A stretch of DNA of 64,000 nt from contig CP068257.2 in the NCBI GenBank assembly GCA_009914755.4, positions 33,920,001 through 33,984,000 of the forward strand, written 5' to 3'. A model generated the notes under the pieces. It did not search any database and was not told where the DNA came from. It saw only the letters and a list, made by a program, of their open reading frames with translations. The translations under genes were made by a program, and so were the position numbers. The stretch is from the human T2T-CHM13v2.0 reference genome, Homo sapiens. Positions 1 to 15,293 of this stretch are shown here, piece by piece (the stretch's first letter is position 1; each line of letters begins with the position of its first letter).

Positions 1-57
1 TCATGCCACCGCCCTGTAGCCTGGGTGACAGAGTGACACCATGTCTCAACAAAAAGA
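1..57 (+). repeat. Alu 3'-terminal fragment truncated by the window start
   Basis: Sequence ...catgccaccgccctgtagcctgggtgacagagtgacaccatgtctcaacaaaaag matches the Alu right-arm end (CACTGCACTCCAGCCTGGGTGACAGAGTGAGAC...TCTCAAAAAA). Confidence 0.7.
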
Positions 58-3000
58 AATTATAACAGAGAAGGCACAAAGCCTTCATGCTAGACCAAAG
101 AAGAAAAGGAAACTTTTACGTCATTGTCACCTCCTAATACAGAAGTCCTAGATGAGGCTTGACCTTGCTCTTTAATGCCCTCCTTGGGGGTCTGGTGACA
201 GTCAGCAGCCAGATGCCATCCAAGAAGGGCTTAGCCCTTTATATCTGTTTACCTCCACAAAGGACCTACACACACAAGTATTTGCGAATGATGCTGTCTT
301 CCAAAGCCTCCTGTGCTGTATGTTGCTCTACTTGCTTGATCTCAGGTAGATTCAGAACAAAAACTGAGAGTTGATTCTTGACCAGACGGAGGGTTATTCT
401 GCAGGAATTAGGAAGACCCTGTTGCAACATTTAAATGTCTAGGTGATAGAAGATACACAAACAGATCAGAACGTAAAAATGCACGTGGACTGTGTATTTG
501 GTGATCATCACCACATAAACTATGTGCACATATTAAGTAGAAGGAGAAAGCAATTCTGGAGTGCTGGGCTAAAGAGTGTTCCCTTTCCTTTTTTCCCCCA
601 AATTTTATTTTCTAAAATGATATCGGTTTTCTTAAATATGAAAGAGAAGGCAAGCTTCCCTTCCTTGACAGCTTTTACTTAGACCAGCGCTGTACAATAT
701 ATATTTTTCATTATTGTATCTCTAAGGAGCCTTTTTAGACATTTTTAAAAAACAAATCTCCCTCCTTTTTGAAAATTCAATGCTACATATTCACTGTGTA
801 CTGTATGCATATCTGTGGTTTAGGCATAAAAATAGTTTTTGCTCCCTCCCACCAAGCACTGTTTTTGTCCTCTTGAGAGTCTAGAATTTGAGTCCAGATG
901 GGCATCTGAGACATGAGTACATGTAACAAAGTAAGGTAGTCTTACCTTTGTTCATTGCCTGGAATAGACAACTAGATATTGGTTTTAGCTGGAGGCAGTA
1001 ACAAGTGCGCTAAGATTAGGGGATTGCTGCTGATTTGAATGATCTTCCAGGGACCCAATCCGTGTGGAATTAACCCGAAAGTTTAGACCCTTTCTGATCC
1101 CTCTGATGAGGGTCAAGAGGCCCATGGTCAGCCTGAACACCTCTGATACTGCCCTTGAGGCAGTCCCAATTCCCAGTCACCCCCTGAATGAGCATTCATG
1201 TTCACTGATGAGTGTTTTCCCAGAGAAAACAGCCCAGAATCCACCTTCAATCAGCCACCCTAGCAGCTACCTGGAAGCAGAGGCCCGAAAGATTAGTGCT
1301 CAGGGGCTGAGACTTCTTCAGGGAAGCACAACCTGGATGGCTTTGAAATGACTATGTCTGGAACCCGCACAACTTACTATTGCTGTTGCAAAAGATCTCA
1401 TCAAACAAGCTTCCTCTGGAGGGAATTATGCACAAACAATACTAAAAGAGGTTTTAAAATAACTTCACTTTTTGGGAGAAGAAAAAGAGCACTTAATTTC
1501 TGGACTTTATTGAAAGTCCCTGTCATGTCTTCAGAAATCCCTTCATGGGCTGTTTTATGACTCCATCGGCAGATTAGGCTCTTCCTGCTCCACACTAATT
1601 GCTAAGCACTATTGCCTAATAATTGTGCCATTAACCTATGTCAGCAGTGTAACTATTGTGATTCCCATGCCATGCTCAGAAGAGCTGTTTCATCTAACCT
1701 TTTGAAAGTAGAAAATCATTAGACAGTGGAATCTATTTCTCTTTGAATAGTTGTTAACTTACACTTGCCCAATGATATTAATTTTTGACACATTTCTATT
1801 TTGATGTATTTACTTAGCAAAATGGAATATTGAACCTTTCTGCTTTCCTATGTACATGCATCGTTTACTATGTAGTCATCACCAAATTAAAAATGGAAAA
1901 AAATAAAATAACCTCAGTTTTATCTCTCATTAAAAATAGAACATAGATCTTAAGTTATACCCTCTTTGCTGCATACTTTCATCTATTTATTTGCTGTTTA
2001 TAATAGTAAAGATGGTCACTCTTCCTGGATGTCAATGGCCAATGAGGAATGCATGGCCTTGGGCTGTTCTTCAGATCAACACGGAATTCCCAACCAGGCT
2101 CTAATTCCTGCAGAAGTGCCTTGCCCTTGGATGCTTGTGCTTAAATAATCCACACATGACTCTCTTAACCAAGCCAAATGCACTTCTTTCCCATTCTGGA
2201 CACCAGAGGTAGAGAAGCTCAAATCCTACCCTGTAGTCAAAGGCTGAGGAATAAGGTAATTTAAGACTTCAGTGGTTGTTCCAACTTACAGCACCATCTG
2301 CAACCCCACTGGAGACCTCAAAACTATCAGACTCCACAGACAGTGCTAAACTGCACCCTGTGGATGTGACACGAATACAGTTTTTCTTTCAGTGTCACTT
2401 AACGTCATGTGTTACAAATGCTTATGATCTAATGCATTGTATTAAATTTTGAAACATTAGAAGCTTAAAAACTCTACAAAACCCTTATCATGACATGTAT
2501 GTAGGCTGTTTCCATAAAGTCAACAGAAATTAAGGGGAAACTACAAAATGTAAGTGACAAAAAAAGTGTTAAATAATACAATTTTACAGTAGGCATAGAA
2601 AGTTATCACAGGAAGGGATCTTGGAGCTCTGTGGTTCAATTTCTCCCTGTCCAGGTGAGTGCCCAATGGTGCGATGACTTGTAAGGTCATGCACGGGTCT
2701 ATGGTGTATCCCAGAATTGTACCCAAGGCCCAGAGCTTCATGAGCAGCAGGTCTTCTCATGCCCAGTCTCTCACCGTGGGTGTTCTAACAGAGGCTTCCC
2801 TCACTTCTGGACAGAATCATGGCTCTTTCTCTCCATCTGAATGAAGGCTTTTCATCCCATCTCTTTCCCTCTGGGCCCTTCCCCATGACCACTCCCTTCT
2901 CCTCTCAGGTATGTTCAAGCACAAACCCATCCCTTGCTCTGAGGATCTCATCCCTGCTGTGTGGCATTTCCAGCCATACACCTTCTCTTTAGCTGATGTT

Positions 3001-3468
3001 TTCTCTAATTCCTTTCTTGACATCCTTCATTATGAGCTTCATCTAAATGAAAGTCGCCTTTTCCCATTTTCACCCTCCTGTGTCTGTAACAGCTTCTCCT
3101 GAGTTCCCATCTCTTAAATATTCCACATTTTCACATTGAAGCATCAGGGCAGTGCAGTGGTTATAGATATGAGCCCTGATTCCCACACGTAGCCTTTCTA
3201 TGCCTCAATCTCTTCATATATAAAAAGTGAATAAGAATAGTACCCAGCTCATTAAACTGTCATGAGGACCAAGTGGCAGAATCCACATGAAATCCTTAAT
3301 GTTCTTCAATTCTTATTGATCAGAAATCACCCAGGGGTGTCAAATATCATCCATGGACTAAATCCTGCATCCCTTCTATTGTTTTCCCTTCCTCCTATTT
3401 CCAGGTTCCAGGGAATTCCCATACACACTACCTGTTTACACTGACCCTCACTATAAAAACTTTTTGTT

Positions 3469-3856
<388 letters not shown>

Positions 3857-4187
3857 TTATAAGATTATCTTGTTAATTTAAAAAGAACATTTTTAACCTA
3901 AAGTGTTAATGCCAGATGTCAGATTACTAATTATTGCAGAGCCATGTGAACTAAACAGGGTGAGATGTGTGGGACCAAGGGGGTAGTTACAAGCACCTCA
4001 CAAGTCATGCCACTTTTCAGGTAAAAGTCTCCCCCACCTGCAGGTCACCAGTCTCCCAGTCTCTGTGCTGATTGGTGCATTTGTCTTGCCTCCCTTAATA
4101 AATTTTAAGTTCAAGGGCAGATACCATGGTTAATCCAAATGTTGTTATCCCCCTTCAGATGATGCAATAAGTCATCATGACCATAAT

Positions 4188-4207
4188 TATCATCATCATC
4201 ATCATCA
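4188..4207. repeat. (ATC)n microsatellite
   Basis: Sequence atcatcatcatcatcatcag. Confidence 0.85.
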
Positions 4208-7200
4208 GAGAGTCAGTAATAGCAGGCACCCATATTAATCAATAACTAGAATGCAGAAACACTCTAAAATGCAGATAAAGCAAAGGAAAAGATACTATTG
4301 CTACCACTAACACCCAGAAAAAAATCTAACTTATCAAGTCCGTCTTGCTCATCTCTGGTTTTATGACATCATGAAGTAGGCAACTCCAAAAACCACATGA
4401 TGACAAGTAGCAATGCAAAGCATTATTTGCAGTGACATTAGCATCATTCAGGGTTCCATCTGGGTCTTTAATCTGTAAAAATGCATTAACACCAACTAAC
4501 TGTAGTCCACAGTCCAGCCATAGATGTTTCATTCATGTAAAATATTGACATGTCGACAGACATAATTACTGAGCTTTGTTGACTCAGAGGGCCAGTAGGA
4601 TTCTTCCAGCGCAGTCTGAATCAACAGTCTGGCGGTGTTTAATAGCCCCTATAAGGAGCTGGTTTCACAAAGAGTGTGATGATTCTGGGTGAAGAGGAAA
4701 GCTCATAGGACCTGAGATAGAATCACAGAGACCTGATGTGATGTAGTGGCTTTGTTTTTTAGCTAGAGTTTTACAGTTCTTCATAGGGAAAAGAAAATAA
4801 GCAATCCATTAAACATTAGCAGCATTATTTCAGAGATTTCACCAAGCCCTATCTAAGGCATGTCCTGCCCAGCAAATTGTGCATGCTAAGTGCTTTGTAG
4901 GGTGCCTGGTACATCATTAGGGCCCAGTCAATGTCTGATGCTGTCATCACTTCTTGTCTCCTCTATACACATGGAAAAGTCTTTTTCATATGTGATAGCA
5001 TTTCCCAAAGCAAATATTCGTACCCATGTATAATTAATTATATACTTATTTGTGATATTGTGATATAATAAAAAAATATCTATCTGGTCTTCATCCCTGG
5101 TTCCTAGCACAGAGCTCCTGTCTTTGTGCAGGCTGCTCTAACAAATTACCATAATCTGGGTAGCGTAAACAACAAACATTTACTTTTCACCATTGTAAAG
5201 GCTAGGAAGTCCAAGACCAAGGTGCCAGCTGATCTGGTGTCTAGTGAGGGCCCTCTTGCTGATTTGCAGATGACTCTCTTCTTGCTGTATCTTCACATGG
5301 CAGAGAGAGACTCAGCAAGCCCTCTTCATATAAGAACACTAATCCCATTCCTGAGGATTCTATCCCCTTGACCTAATTACCTTCCAAAGGCCCAACCTCC
5401 TAATACAATCACATCAGGAGTTAAGATTTCAATAGAAGATTTTGGGGAGGGAACACAAACCTTCAATACATAGTAACTCCTAAAACCCTATAATTTCCTG
5501 AATAGGGTGACAGGAACATCTTTTGTTAGAATATTTCATCTCAGTACCCAGTTCCTGACATAAGAATTTCTAAGACCCTTGGAACCCCCAGAGTGATAAG
5601 AGTGTCCTTTTGAATGCTAACAAGAGGACTGGTGGTTGGTGGCTGGTGGCTCCTAGATAACTTCAGGATAGAGGGACAGAAAGACCAAGGCATGATTAAA
5701 AGGTTGAAAGGTTGTACGGCGCCCCAATCCCCTATCTCCAGAGAGATCAGAGATAAAGTTAATCATCAATGGGCCATGATTCAATCAATCCTTTCCAAGT
5801 AATAAAATTTCCATGAAACTCCTGTAATCTACAGATTTCAGATAACTTCCAGCTTGTATTCACATGAAGGTGCTGGGAGGATGGTGCACCCAGCATGGGC
5901 ATGGGAGATCTGCACCCTTCTCCTCTGTACTTTGTCCAATGTATCTCTTGCATTGACTGATCCTGAGCTGTATCCTTTATCTTAAACCTGTAACCATAAA
6001 TGCAGTGTTCCCCTGAGTTCTGTGAGCCATTCTAGAAGTTATCAAACTTGAGAAGGAGGCTGTGTGAATCTTCAACTTGCAGCTGATTGATCAAAAGCAC
6101 AGTTGGAAATCTGGGACTTGCAACTAGTGTCTGAAATGGGGGAAGTCTTGTAGGACTCACCCCTTTGCCTGTGGGATCTTCCTCAGATCCAGGTAGTTAG
6201 TGTCAGAATTGAATTGAATGGTAGGATACTCAGTTTGCATCCAGGGAGTTGGAGAACTAATTGGTTTGGGGGAAAACAAAGCAGTTCAGACGGTTTGATT
6301 TTTATAGCTTAATATCATCATGATAATTACAAAAGCGGCACCTTGGATCACAACGTTCTAATGTAGACATGGCAGTTACAATTAAAATTAGTTCATTCTA
6401 CACTTATCACCTGCCAAGTTCTATGCTAGATCCATTGAAATAGTCACCTAGATTGGTTAAGGGTTATTAAATTTAAAAGAAAAAAATAAATTTAAACTAA
6501 AACATTGTCTGAAACTAAACCAGGTTGGCACGCCCTCTAAGAAACATCACCTGGTTTGGTGCATCCTCGCAGAAAGAGAGCCATACAGTGAAGTGGAAAC
6601 ACACCCAAAAGCTCTGCAATATTCCTAGAAGTTCTCGAATCTCCTCCTTAACAGAGCTGCAGAAGGGAAACACAGACAGGAAGCACCTGTTTGACTCAGA
6701 CAGCAGCCCTAATGCAGTGCCACTCAGGAGCATTCCCTCATTTGAAGACCCCCCAATTACATGAAATTATCAACCCCATTAAATTCCAGCCACTGCCATT
6801 AACTATCATTAGGGCTAAATCAGTTATCTGATCACATCCTGAAAAAGTGGATTTCCCGAATAAGGACCTCCCAATTAAGAGAGGCGTCCTATATCAGAAA
6901 GCCTAAATTCCCTGAGTAGTCACTTAATTACCATATCTACAAGTTTCTACCGTGCCGATCTCAAGTACAAGTTGCTTGCAAAGCAATGGAATGAAGCCAG
7001 CAGACAGGCAGAGAGAGGAGGCGCATTCAGTTATGGGTCTAGGTAATTAACTCTTCAACAAACAACCCTGGCACTCTACAGAGTTGCTCTCACCATGCTC
7101 CACCCTTGTTGCAGAATCTGCTCTTGTATGTAGATGAGCATTTAACCTAGGCATGTTTCCATAGGGCATCTTCAAAATCAGTGCAAAGTATAAACCCAAC

Positions 7201-8689
7201 CCCTAGCTTGCTTGTTGGTCTCCACACTTGACACATAACTCATATCGCCTTTTCCAAGCAGTGTCCTCTGTGGGTGTGCCTTGCTATAAATAATTTCTAC
7301 ACCTAGACATGGTTCTTATATTTATGTTTCTTACAGCACTGAACATAGCGTCTTGCATATAGTAAGCACGCAACACTTTCTATGAGTGACTGAATCATGA
7401 AGCTGAATATGAGATTTTAAGCCCAAAGATTTAAGAAATGTAAAAGCTAAGTCTCTTTCTGGAGCGGTGTTACACCAAGATGATCCATAAAATGCCAAAG
7501 AGTAAGATGAATTTTTGGCAAACACTACAAGTCTATTATGAAACAGCTTATCATAATAGACTTGGATCTACTTGAGTCTAATCGTATCTCCCTTAATATT
7601 ACTAAAAGCCTAATATAATACAACTAGCCTATAATCCCTGGGTATCCTACAAACAAATCAAACTCAAGTTTCTAAACCAGGACATGTTATTTTTCCTTTC
7701 CATTTTGTGTCTCCTGTGTATTTCTAGACTCTGTTAATGGAGTCACCACTTACCAAGAGCGCCAATGCCAGAAACCTTAATTTCTATCATTTCTTTACCT
7801 GCCTCTTGCTGATCCTCCCTAGCTCTCTCATGTCCCATTATATCTATTCCCATACGTATAAGCGTTGGCAGATCGTTTCTTTCATTGCCACCTCGGAAAT
7901 GTCCCTCAAGTCCAGCTTGTTCTAGCTTCACAACCACTGTCGCAGCTCAGACCCAAATTATCTTTCCCCAGATGACTGCCAACAGCCCTGCTTCCATGTG
8001 TCCCTCAACGACATCATTCTTCCTACTACATCCAGGGTAATCTTCCTCAATTAAAAACAGAGAAAGCCAAAAAGCTGGATCACTCTATTCTCCTGAGTTT
8101 TTTTTTTTTTTTAAAAAAGAAGAAAAAAATCGAGTTATTGCAAGATAAAAATCTACAGTCCTTCATTTGTCATCAAAGCTCTTTGCAATCCTACTCGGAT
8201 GGGCCCAGGTATGTGCCTCATCCTGCAAAATGGAACAACCATGGGTTCTTCCTGTAAGGCGCCCTGATCCTGTTTGACGGGGCCCTTGTCTCTCCACCAC
8301 TTGTTACGGTAAGCAGAAAGTTTTCCCACATTTAAAAAAATTCCAGTAGGAAACCTTTTCCAGAGGTATGTTTCTAATACGACATTCCATTTCCCTTATT
8401 TCTGCATATTTTTTTAATGGCACCTTTGTTGCCTTGGGTGGCTTTTTTCCTAATTGCTCATTCTTAAGCAGCTGAAGTCCTCACCAGACCTGACCTTTGA
8501 TGGCAGACAGGGTGTGAATACTGCTCTTGGCCCGACTCCTTGCTCACTTGCCCACTGTGTGCTGGAGAAATTCTCTTCTTGGATGTGGAGCTCAAGATTG
8601 CTGTATAAAGCTCCTGGCCCAAGCCAATGTCCATCAGGTTGTCTTTTCTTCTCTTTAAGTAAAATGTTTTAAGGTATAATTTACACACC

Positions 8690-9700
8690 ACACATTTTAA
8701 CATATAGTTTTAAAAAATATTTTTATCAATACCTAATATTTGCACAAATCTATGGAATAGGGTGACATTTTGTTACATGTATAGAATGTGTAGCAATCAA
8801 GTCAGGGTACTTAGGGTACCCATCACCTCAACCATTTATCATTTCTCTGTTTTGGAAACATGTCAAGTCCTCTCTCCTAGCTATTTGGAAATATGCAAAC
8901 ATTATTATTAACTATAGTCACCCTATCCTGCAATCAAACATTAGAATGTATTCACCTACTTGTATAAGCATAAAGTTTGATGAGTTTTGAAAAATATGTA
9001 CGCCCATGAAACCTACACTCTTATTAAGATATAGAACATTTCCATTACCCCAGAAACTCCCCCTGGGCCTCCTTACATTCAATCCTTCTCATCTCCCACC
9101 CCCAGCAACCCTCATCCACTTTCTATCATAGTTTTGCCTCTTCCTCTTCCAGAACTCCTGTGATGGAGTCATTTACGACGTGGTCTTTTGTCCCCAACTT
9201 CTTTCTCCCAGTATGTTTTTGAGATCCATCTGCATCACTGTGTGGCTTGCCAGTTCATTCCTCTCGTTACTGAGCAGGATTTCAATGTGTGGCTATATCG
9301 CCTTGTTTCTCCATTTACCTATTGATAGATAGCGGGATGTTTCCAGTTTGAGGAAACTAGAAAATACATGTTTTTGTAGAAAGAGAAAAATAAATCATGG
9401 GTTCATATCATATTTCGAACTTAAATGAAAAAGTATAGGATTTCCACTTGATTAGTTGATTTTATTTTGTATCTCCAGGATGCAAATCTGATTTTCTAAT
9501 GTCATTAACAAAATTACTTATTTCCTTGTCCTACAATACATTTATATGTATATCTGTATAATTGTTTGAAGTAACAATACTGATATTATTATAGAATTAT
9601 TATAGAATGCAGTTTAAGATTTTTCTTTATGTTCTCTCCTTAGGTATGTCCCACATGGAATATACAATTAATTTCTGTGATGTCATACAGAAATTTCTGT
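8690..9700 (-). repeat. ancient L1 (L1M-like) internal fragment, antisense (tentative)
   Basis: Strings such as ...ccatttacctattgatagatagcgggatgtttccagtttgaggaaac... resemble the complement of the L1 ORF2 3' region (tccattcatc.gttgatggacatttgggttgtttccagtttgg). The match is diverged and recalled from memory only. Confidence 0.3.
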
Positions 9701-9939
9701 GCTGTCTCTGCAGTTTTAAAATTTCATTTTGATGCATAATGTTTAGTTCCATAAAACATTCACCTGGTTCCAAAGTCAGATCTATATAGCAAGACCTATT
9801 CAGAAAGGTCTAGTGTCTAACCTTGTCCCAACATTTAAAAATAGTTTATTTATCATTCTACTGGTTCTTTGAAAAAATCTAGACATGTGTGACTATCTAT
9901 GGGTATTACTCGTTTCTTACACAGAATGCTAAACACATT

Positions 9940-10295
9940 TATATGGTTTGGCTGTGTCCCTACCCAAATCTCATCTTGAATTGTAACCCCATAATCCCCA
10001 TGTGTTGTAAGAGGGACTCAGTGGGAGGTAACTGAATCATGGGGGTGGCTCCCCCATGTTGTTCTCATGATAGTAAATTCTCATGAGATATGATGGTTTT
10101 ATAAGACGCTCCCCCCTTCACTGGGCACTTATTCTCTCTCCTGCTGCCCTGTGAAGCGGTGCCTTCTGCAATGATTCTAAGTTTCCTGAGGCCTCCCCAG
10201 CCATGTGGAACTGTGCATCAATTAAACCTCTTTCCTCTATAACTTACCCAGTCTCGGGTATGTCCTTACAGCAGCATGAGAATGGACTAATATAC
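9940..10295 (+). mobile_element. MaLR solo LTR (THE1/MST family)
   Basis: Begins atatggtttggctgtgtccctacccaaatctcatcttgaattgtaacccc...gtgggaggtaactgaatcatggggg and ends ...cccagtctcgggtatgtccttacagcagcatgagaatggactaata. This matches the THE1/MST consensus over its full length. Confidence 0.85.
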
Positions 10296-13200
10296 ACATG
10301 CTTCTTCACCTTAAAATATACCTAGAAGATTACTTCATGAAAACAAATCTTCCTCATTTTTTTACACAGCTGCTTCTGTATGGATGTACCACAATTAATT
10401 TAACCAATCAACCAACAGCTGATGGACATATGGGTTGTTTCTAGACTTTTCTGTTTATAAACCATGCTTCAATAAATAATCTAGTGCAAATATCATTTTA
10501 TATTTTGCCAGTATCTTTGGGATTGTCTTCCTGAAATGGTACTGCTGGTTCAAAGGGTAAATCCTCGAGTACTCTAAATAGTGCCAAATTTCCCTCTACA
10601 GAGCTGTGTCATGTTGTACTCCCACTAGCAATGCACAAAGTGACACTTACTCCAGCCTTACCATAGAATGTGTTGTCAAACTTTTTCATGTTTACCAATC
10701 CCATAGTTGAGAAACAGCATCTCAGTATAGTTCGAGTTTGCATTTTAGCCAGTTACCCTTCTAATGGGGAACCAAATCATTTTTCCCTCGACATCTGCAT
10801 TCACACCTACAGATGTTTTCTAATCTCCCTTTGCTGGCACAGTAATTTCTGTTCTCCCCCAAAATCCCCCACCCCCTCATTTAGGACCACAGACTAGGTG
10901 GAATTTCACCACCTGACTCTCCCTTCCATGGTGGAACCAAGCTTGCCTCAAATGCAGTTCTGGAGCGACAGTATCCTGGGCTAGAAGCAATGGGAAAGGC
11001 AAAAAAATGCAACTTTGCAACTCTTTCCAGAAATATATTTTTCAATAATTATAGATGTCATTACTGTTACATCACAACTTTCATTTTCCCTTCCTTGCTC
11101 AGAAAATACCACCGTAATGGATTCAAATATTATGGGAACAAGTTGTTAGAAGAGAACACATTATCTTATTCTGCCACCTGGACTTTGAGTTCCGAGGCCC
11201 TGGGTTGGTAAACTCTAAAGAAGATAAGCTGGGCTCCTCATCTATGTTAGCTATGCTCATAAGGACATCTGGGGTCACATTCTTTTTGCAGCCATGGATC
11301 AGACTTGGGAAAAAAAGATAAGAATAAACCATTGTAAAATTCAGCTACAACTTAACATCATGGTGGCAGAAAGAGAAAGAGTCAAAGTGAACCCAATTGC
11401 CAAAGCATTACTACGAAATAAAAGTCAACCTCTCCTGATATCTCCTGCCATTTCTTTCTGGGAAACTCTGTCCACATGGCATGGACTTCCTCAGCAGGGG
11501 GACTGAGTCCTGGAAATGCATGGAGCTCTCCAGGCACTGACAGGAACTGACCAGGCTAACCAGACCTCCAAGGACTCACCCACAATCCCGCCATCGGGCC
11601 AGTGCTTTTGTTCTCTGCTCTGTCTCACACTGTCCTCTGGAGAGGTTTAGGCTCTAAAGCCAAAACCCTCACCCTTTCCACAAACAGAGTTTGTAATATT
11701 TTAGTGTAATTTCACCGAGCATGTTGGGAAATGAAATAGCAGTCCACACCCAGCGGTCTACTTAAAATATCAGCAAGAAAGGCAAAAATTCACTCCCAGG
11801 GTGGCAAAAAGCCATTCCAATCCTCAGAGAATGAGCTCAGACATCTACTGAGAACCAAAAAGCATCATCTGCAGAGGGTAGACTGTTTAATCAAAATGGG
11901 CACACTGGTTTCAAGAGTATGAAGGTCTAACCTCACATGTGCTTTGGTCGGGAGAAGCAAAAAAGCAGAAGAAGGAACTGGGGGCCACATTTAGATCCAG
12001 ATTACTGGACAGAAAAGTATAGTCATAAAAACTCAGAATCAGACGGTGGGTTGGCAGCAAATGACTTTTTTCCCATTAAGTAGTTTGTGGGTGGAGGCAG
12101 ATCTCCAAATACTTCGTGGCAGTGCCACTGAGTAAAGCATGGCTCGTGCCTCGATTGGTTAATACCAACACTGACACATGCTCCATCCTCCTGTGGAACA
12201 AGAAATACTTTCACTGATATTATTTTTGGGTAGATGAGCTGAGACCTTTCTTCCTTTCTCTGGTCAAATTACTTAGCATGCATGATACATTAAACTAAAA
12301 ACTGTCCACAGAAGTGGCAATACTTAAGTAGTGATGATCTCATTTATTTGAGGTTTGACACAAGCCAGCAGAGTGTTTATGACTCCCAAGCAGGCATCAA
12401 CAAACCCCAAAGGCTGTTATCAATACTAAGTATTTGCCTTAACTAGGACATTCCAAGAGTGGCTTCCCATAGTGGTCAAGTGGTAACCTCTGTGGTCAGC
12501 TTTACTTGGTGTTACAAGTTATATAAGATAAATACTGGAAGACCTGGTTTAAATTCCATCTACCTGGGCTGATGGTCTGTGCCAAAGAATACATTGTCAT
12601 TAGCATGTTCAGTTGAGAATTACATCAGATTGCAATGAGTGTAATGACCTCAAACATTTACAGGTAAGACCAGGGACTTACTATGGTGTGCCACTAATGT
12701 AAAGAGACTGTACAACAGTGTCCTTCAAACCTTAAAGTGCATGCAGATCACCCAGGGATCTTGCTTAACTGCAAACTCTGATGCAGTAGGTCTGAGATTC
12801 TGGATTTCTAAGAAGCTTCCAGGGAATGCCCCTGTAATTGGGATGTAGTTGGTCCATGGCACCCACTCTGAGTAGCAAAGCTGTAAAAAACACCAAATGT
12901 AGAATTCAAATAATTTTTCTCCCTTCAAGGCAGTCCTAGGAATGTAAATTCCAAAATTGTAGCCATTGCTCAAGATGTTATTTAATATCTCTCTTAGATA
13001 CAATTTTGCAATGTGTTCTAAAATCAGTTCAGGTATTTTCTAGTTACTCGTTCCTTTTGGCTCCTGATAATAATGCTCCATTGGATCGTTCAACTCATCT
13101 GCCAGCCTTGGTGCCAAAAAAGGCATGAATTCAAAAGATGGGCTCCTGCGTCCACGGGCAAGTAAACATTTTTCAAAGTTGTGTGGAGCAATGGGAACTG

Positions 13201-14383
13201 TTCTAAAAGGACCTGCAATCGTTTGGAAACTAAAGTCAAATCTGCTAGTTAAATACTAGTCTTGATCATTAGCTCTTCCATGCAAAAACAATCAAACAAT
13301 AATAATAGTAATAATATAACTAGTACTTAAATGCATTTTGGTTTTGTTTTGTTTTGTTTTTGAGACACGATCTCACTCTGTTAAGGTGCATTTAGCCATT
13401 GGCTATAAGCATGCTATAACAGTTTGTTTGTTTTTTTTTCCCACATCACCTCTGGGCAGCATCCGGGAACTCTGTGGGACTACATCGATGCAATGTCAAT
13501 GAAATAATAATAATCTTTATATCATATGGTGATATTATTCACATTTGTATTTGCTATATAAGATTTACTATGTGACAGGCACATTTCTCAGGGCTGTTTT
13601 ACATGCATCCACTTATCTGAGCCTCACAGCAACTCTACAATCAAGTCACCCTTCTTACCTCCATGTGCAGGCTGAGACACCTGAGGCATAGAGCAATACA
13701 GTAGGGTGGGTGGTTCCAGCAAGCTGGTGAAAAATCAAGAGCCCAGGCTCTATCACTCCTGCATCTTGGTGGCTGCTGTCATTAGGAGTTGGTTTGCTTG
13801 ACCCAGATAGATAAGTGAAAGCCAAAACCCACTATGACTTCTGTGGAGCTTGGACTCCCCAACACCCATTTCCCACCTTTGCAGCTGCCTGTGCATGGTG
13901 ATCATGCCACAGCAGGGAGGTTCGGCCTGGCCTTGGCATGCTGAAGTCCAGGAGGAAGCACTGAGTTAAGCTCACAAGTAAGAATCAAGGACATTTGGGT
14001 CACCATTTGAAAAACCCTTGTTATAAGGGTTTTTCAACATCACGAAACATTTTTATTTTGTGCACGAAGGAAGAATTGCTTCATACAGTGGTAAAAAAAA
14101 AAATTCTATGAAACCTCTGCATTGGAAATGGCTAAAAAATATTAGGACCAGTTGTAGATCAAGATGTTTTATCAGGTTCCCTTGTTAAGTGGTCTGTTCT
14201 GGAGCTCCTAAGACATGCCAGGAGATCTGGCAGTAAGTTAAGAATGACTTCAAAGACAGTCCTGCTAAAATAGATACTAAGCATGGCACCCTGGGTCTGG
14301 CTTCAGGTAGTAATTGATGTTTGGGAGGTACACATTTTATTTTATGAAAGGAACAGATAAGTTTAACATCATCAGATATTTCT

Positions 14384-14433
14384 CTCTCTCGCTCGCTCTC
14401 TCTCTCTCTCTCCCCCCCTCCCTCCCTCTCTCT
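14384..14433. repeat. (CT)n / CT-rich microsatellite
   Basis: Sequence tctctctctcgctcgctctctctctctctctccccccctccctccctctctct. Confidence 0.9.
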
Positions 14434-14892
14434 GGAAGCAAAGAGTATGTTTGCTGTGTGTGAATCAATTTAAACTGGTGTGTGATGGAAATATTTCATG
14501 GTGAGTTGCCCGTGTAACTGAAAAAAATTATAATAATAGCAAACACTTAAATGGTTTATGCTGTTTATAAGTATTAGCTATTTTAATCAACAAATTGATC
14601 CTATGAGACAGGTACTGTTATCATTCCTATTTTTCTAATGCAGAAACTCTATAGAGAAGTTCTGTGACTCAACTGAAGGGCCAGATGGGGAGTAAGCCAT
14701 GGGGATAGAATTTAAGTTGGGGCAGTCTGTCCTCAGTGCCATTGCTCCTGCCCTCCAGGAACACTGCCTCTCCATCAAAGTTCCTCTCCTGATCTTACCT
14801 CCAGGGACCTCTGCACAGGCTCTTCCCCTTTTCCTGCAGTGTCAAAATCCTGCCCCTAGTCCTCAAGGAATGACTCCTCTGGAGTCCCTCAG

Positions 14893-14937
14893 GTTTAGAG
14901 TTGCCAGATAAAATGCAGGATCAAACATTGCATAGAA
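14893..14937 (+). mobile_element. 5' part of a palindromic MITE-like element (gccagataaaatgcagga...) interrupted by an Alu
   Basis: ttgccagataaaatgcaggatcaaacattgcatagaa matches the left end of a palindromic MITE recalled as ...GCCAGATAAAATACAGGA...CCAGTTAAATTTGAATTTCAGATAAACAA.... The family name is not assigned. The remainder of the element follows the Alu at 15294-15381. Confidence 0.4.
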
Positions 14938-15214
14938 GAGCTTGGGCACGGTGGCTCACGCTTGTAATCCCAACACTTTAGGAGGCTGAGGCAGGAGGAT
15001 TGCTTGAAGCCAGGAGTTCAAGACCAGGCCAAGACCAGGGCAACACAGTGAGATCCCATCTCTGAAAACAAAATTAGTTGGGCATAGTGGCACATGCCTG
15101 TAGTCCCAACTACTCAGGAGGCTGAGACGAGAGGATCACTGGAGGCTGAGGCTGCAGTGAGCTATGATCATGCCATTGCACTCCAGCCTGGGTGGCAGAG
15201 TGAGACCATCTCTA
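14938..15214 (+). mobile_element. Alu (older AluJ/S-like) inserted into the MITE, with TSD attgcatagaa
   Basis: gcttgggcacggtggctcacgcttgtaatcccaacactttaggaggctgaggc...cactccagcctgggtggcagagtgagaccatctctaaa. A direct repeat attgcatagaa lies at 14927-14937 and 15294-15304, the latter after the CA-rich tail. Confidence 0.9.
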
Positions 15215-15293
15215 AATATGTATTTATACACACACACAAACTATACACACATACATGTGCACACACACGTATAAACATACATACATATTATAT
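15215..15293. repeat. CA/TA-rich simple repeat (degenerate Alu tail)
   Basis: Sequence tatgtatttatacacacacacaaactatacacacatacatgtgcacacacacgtataaacatacatacatat. Confidence 0.8.

Noticed and set aside
13336-13380. Alu-like start ttttgttttgtttttgagacacgatctcactctgtt
   Set aside because: Only about 22 bp resemble the complement of an Alu 3' end before the similarity stops. It is too short to call as an element. It may be a remnant or a chance match next to a (GTTTT)n repeat.
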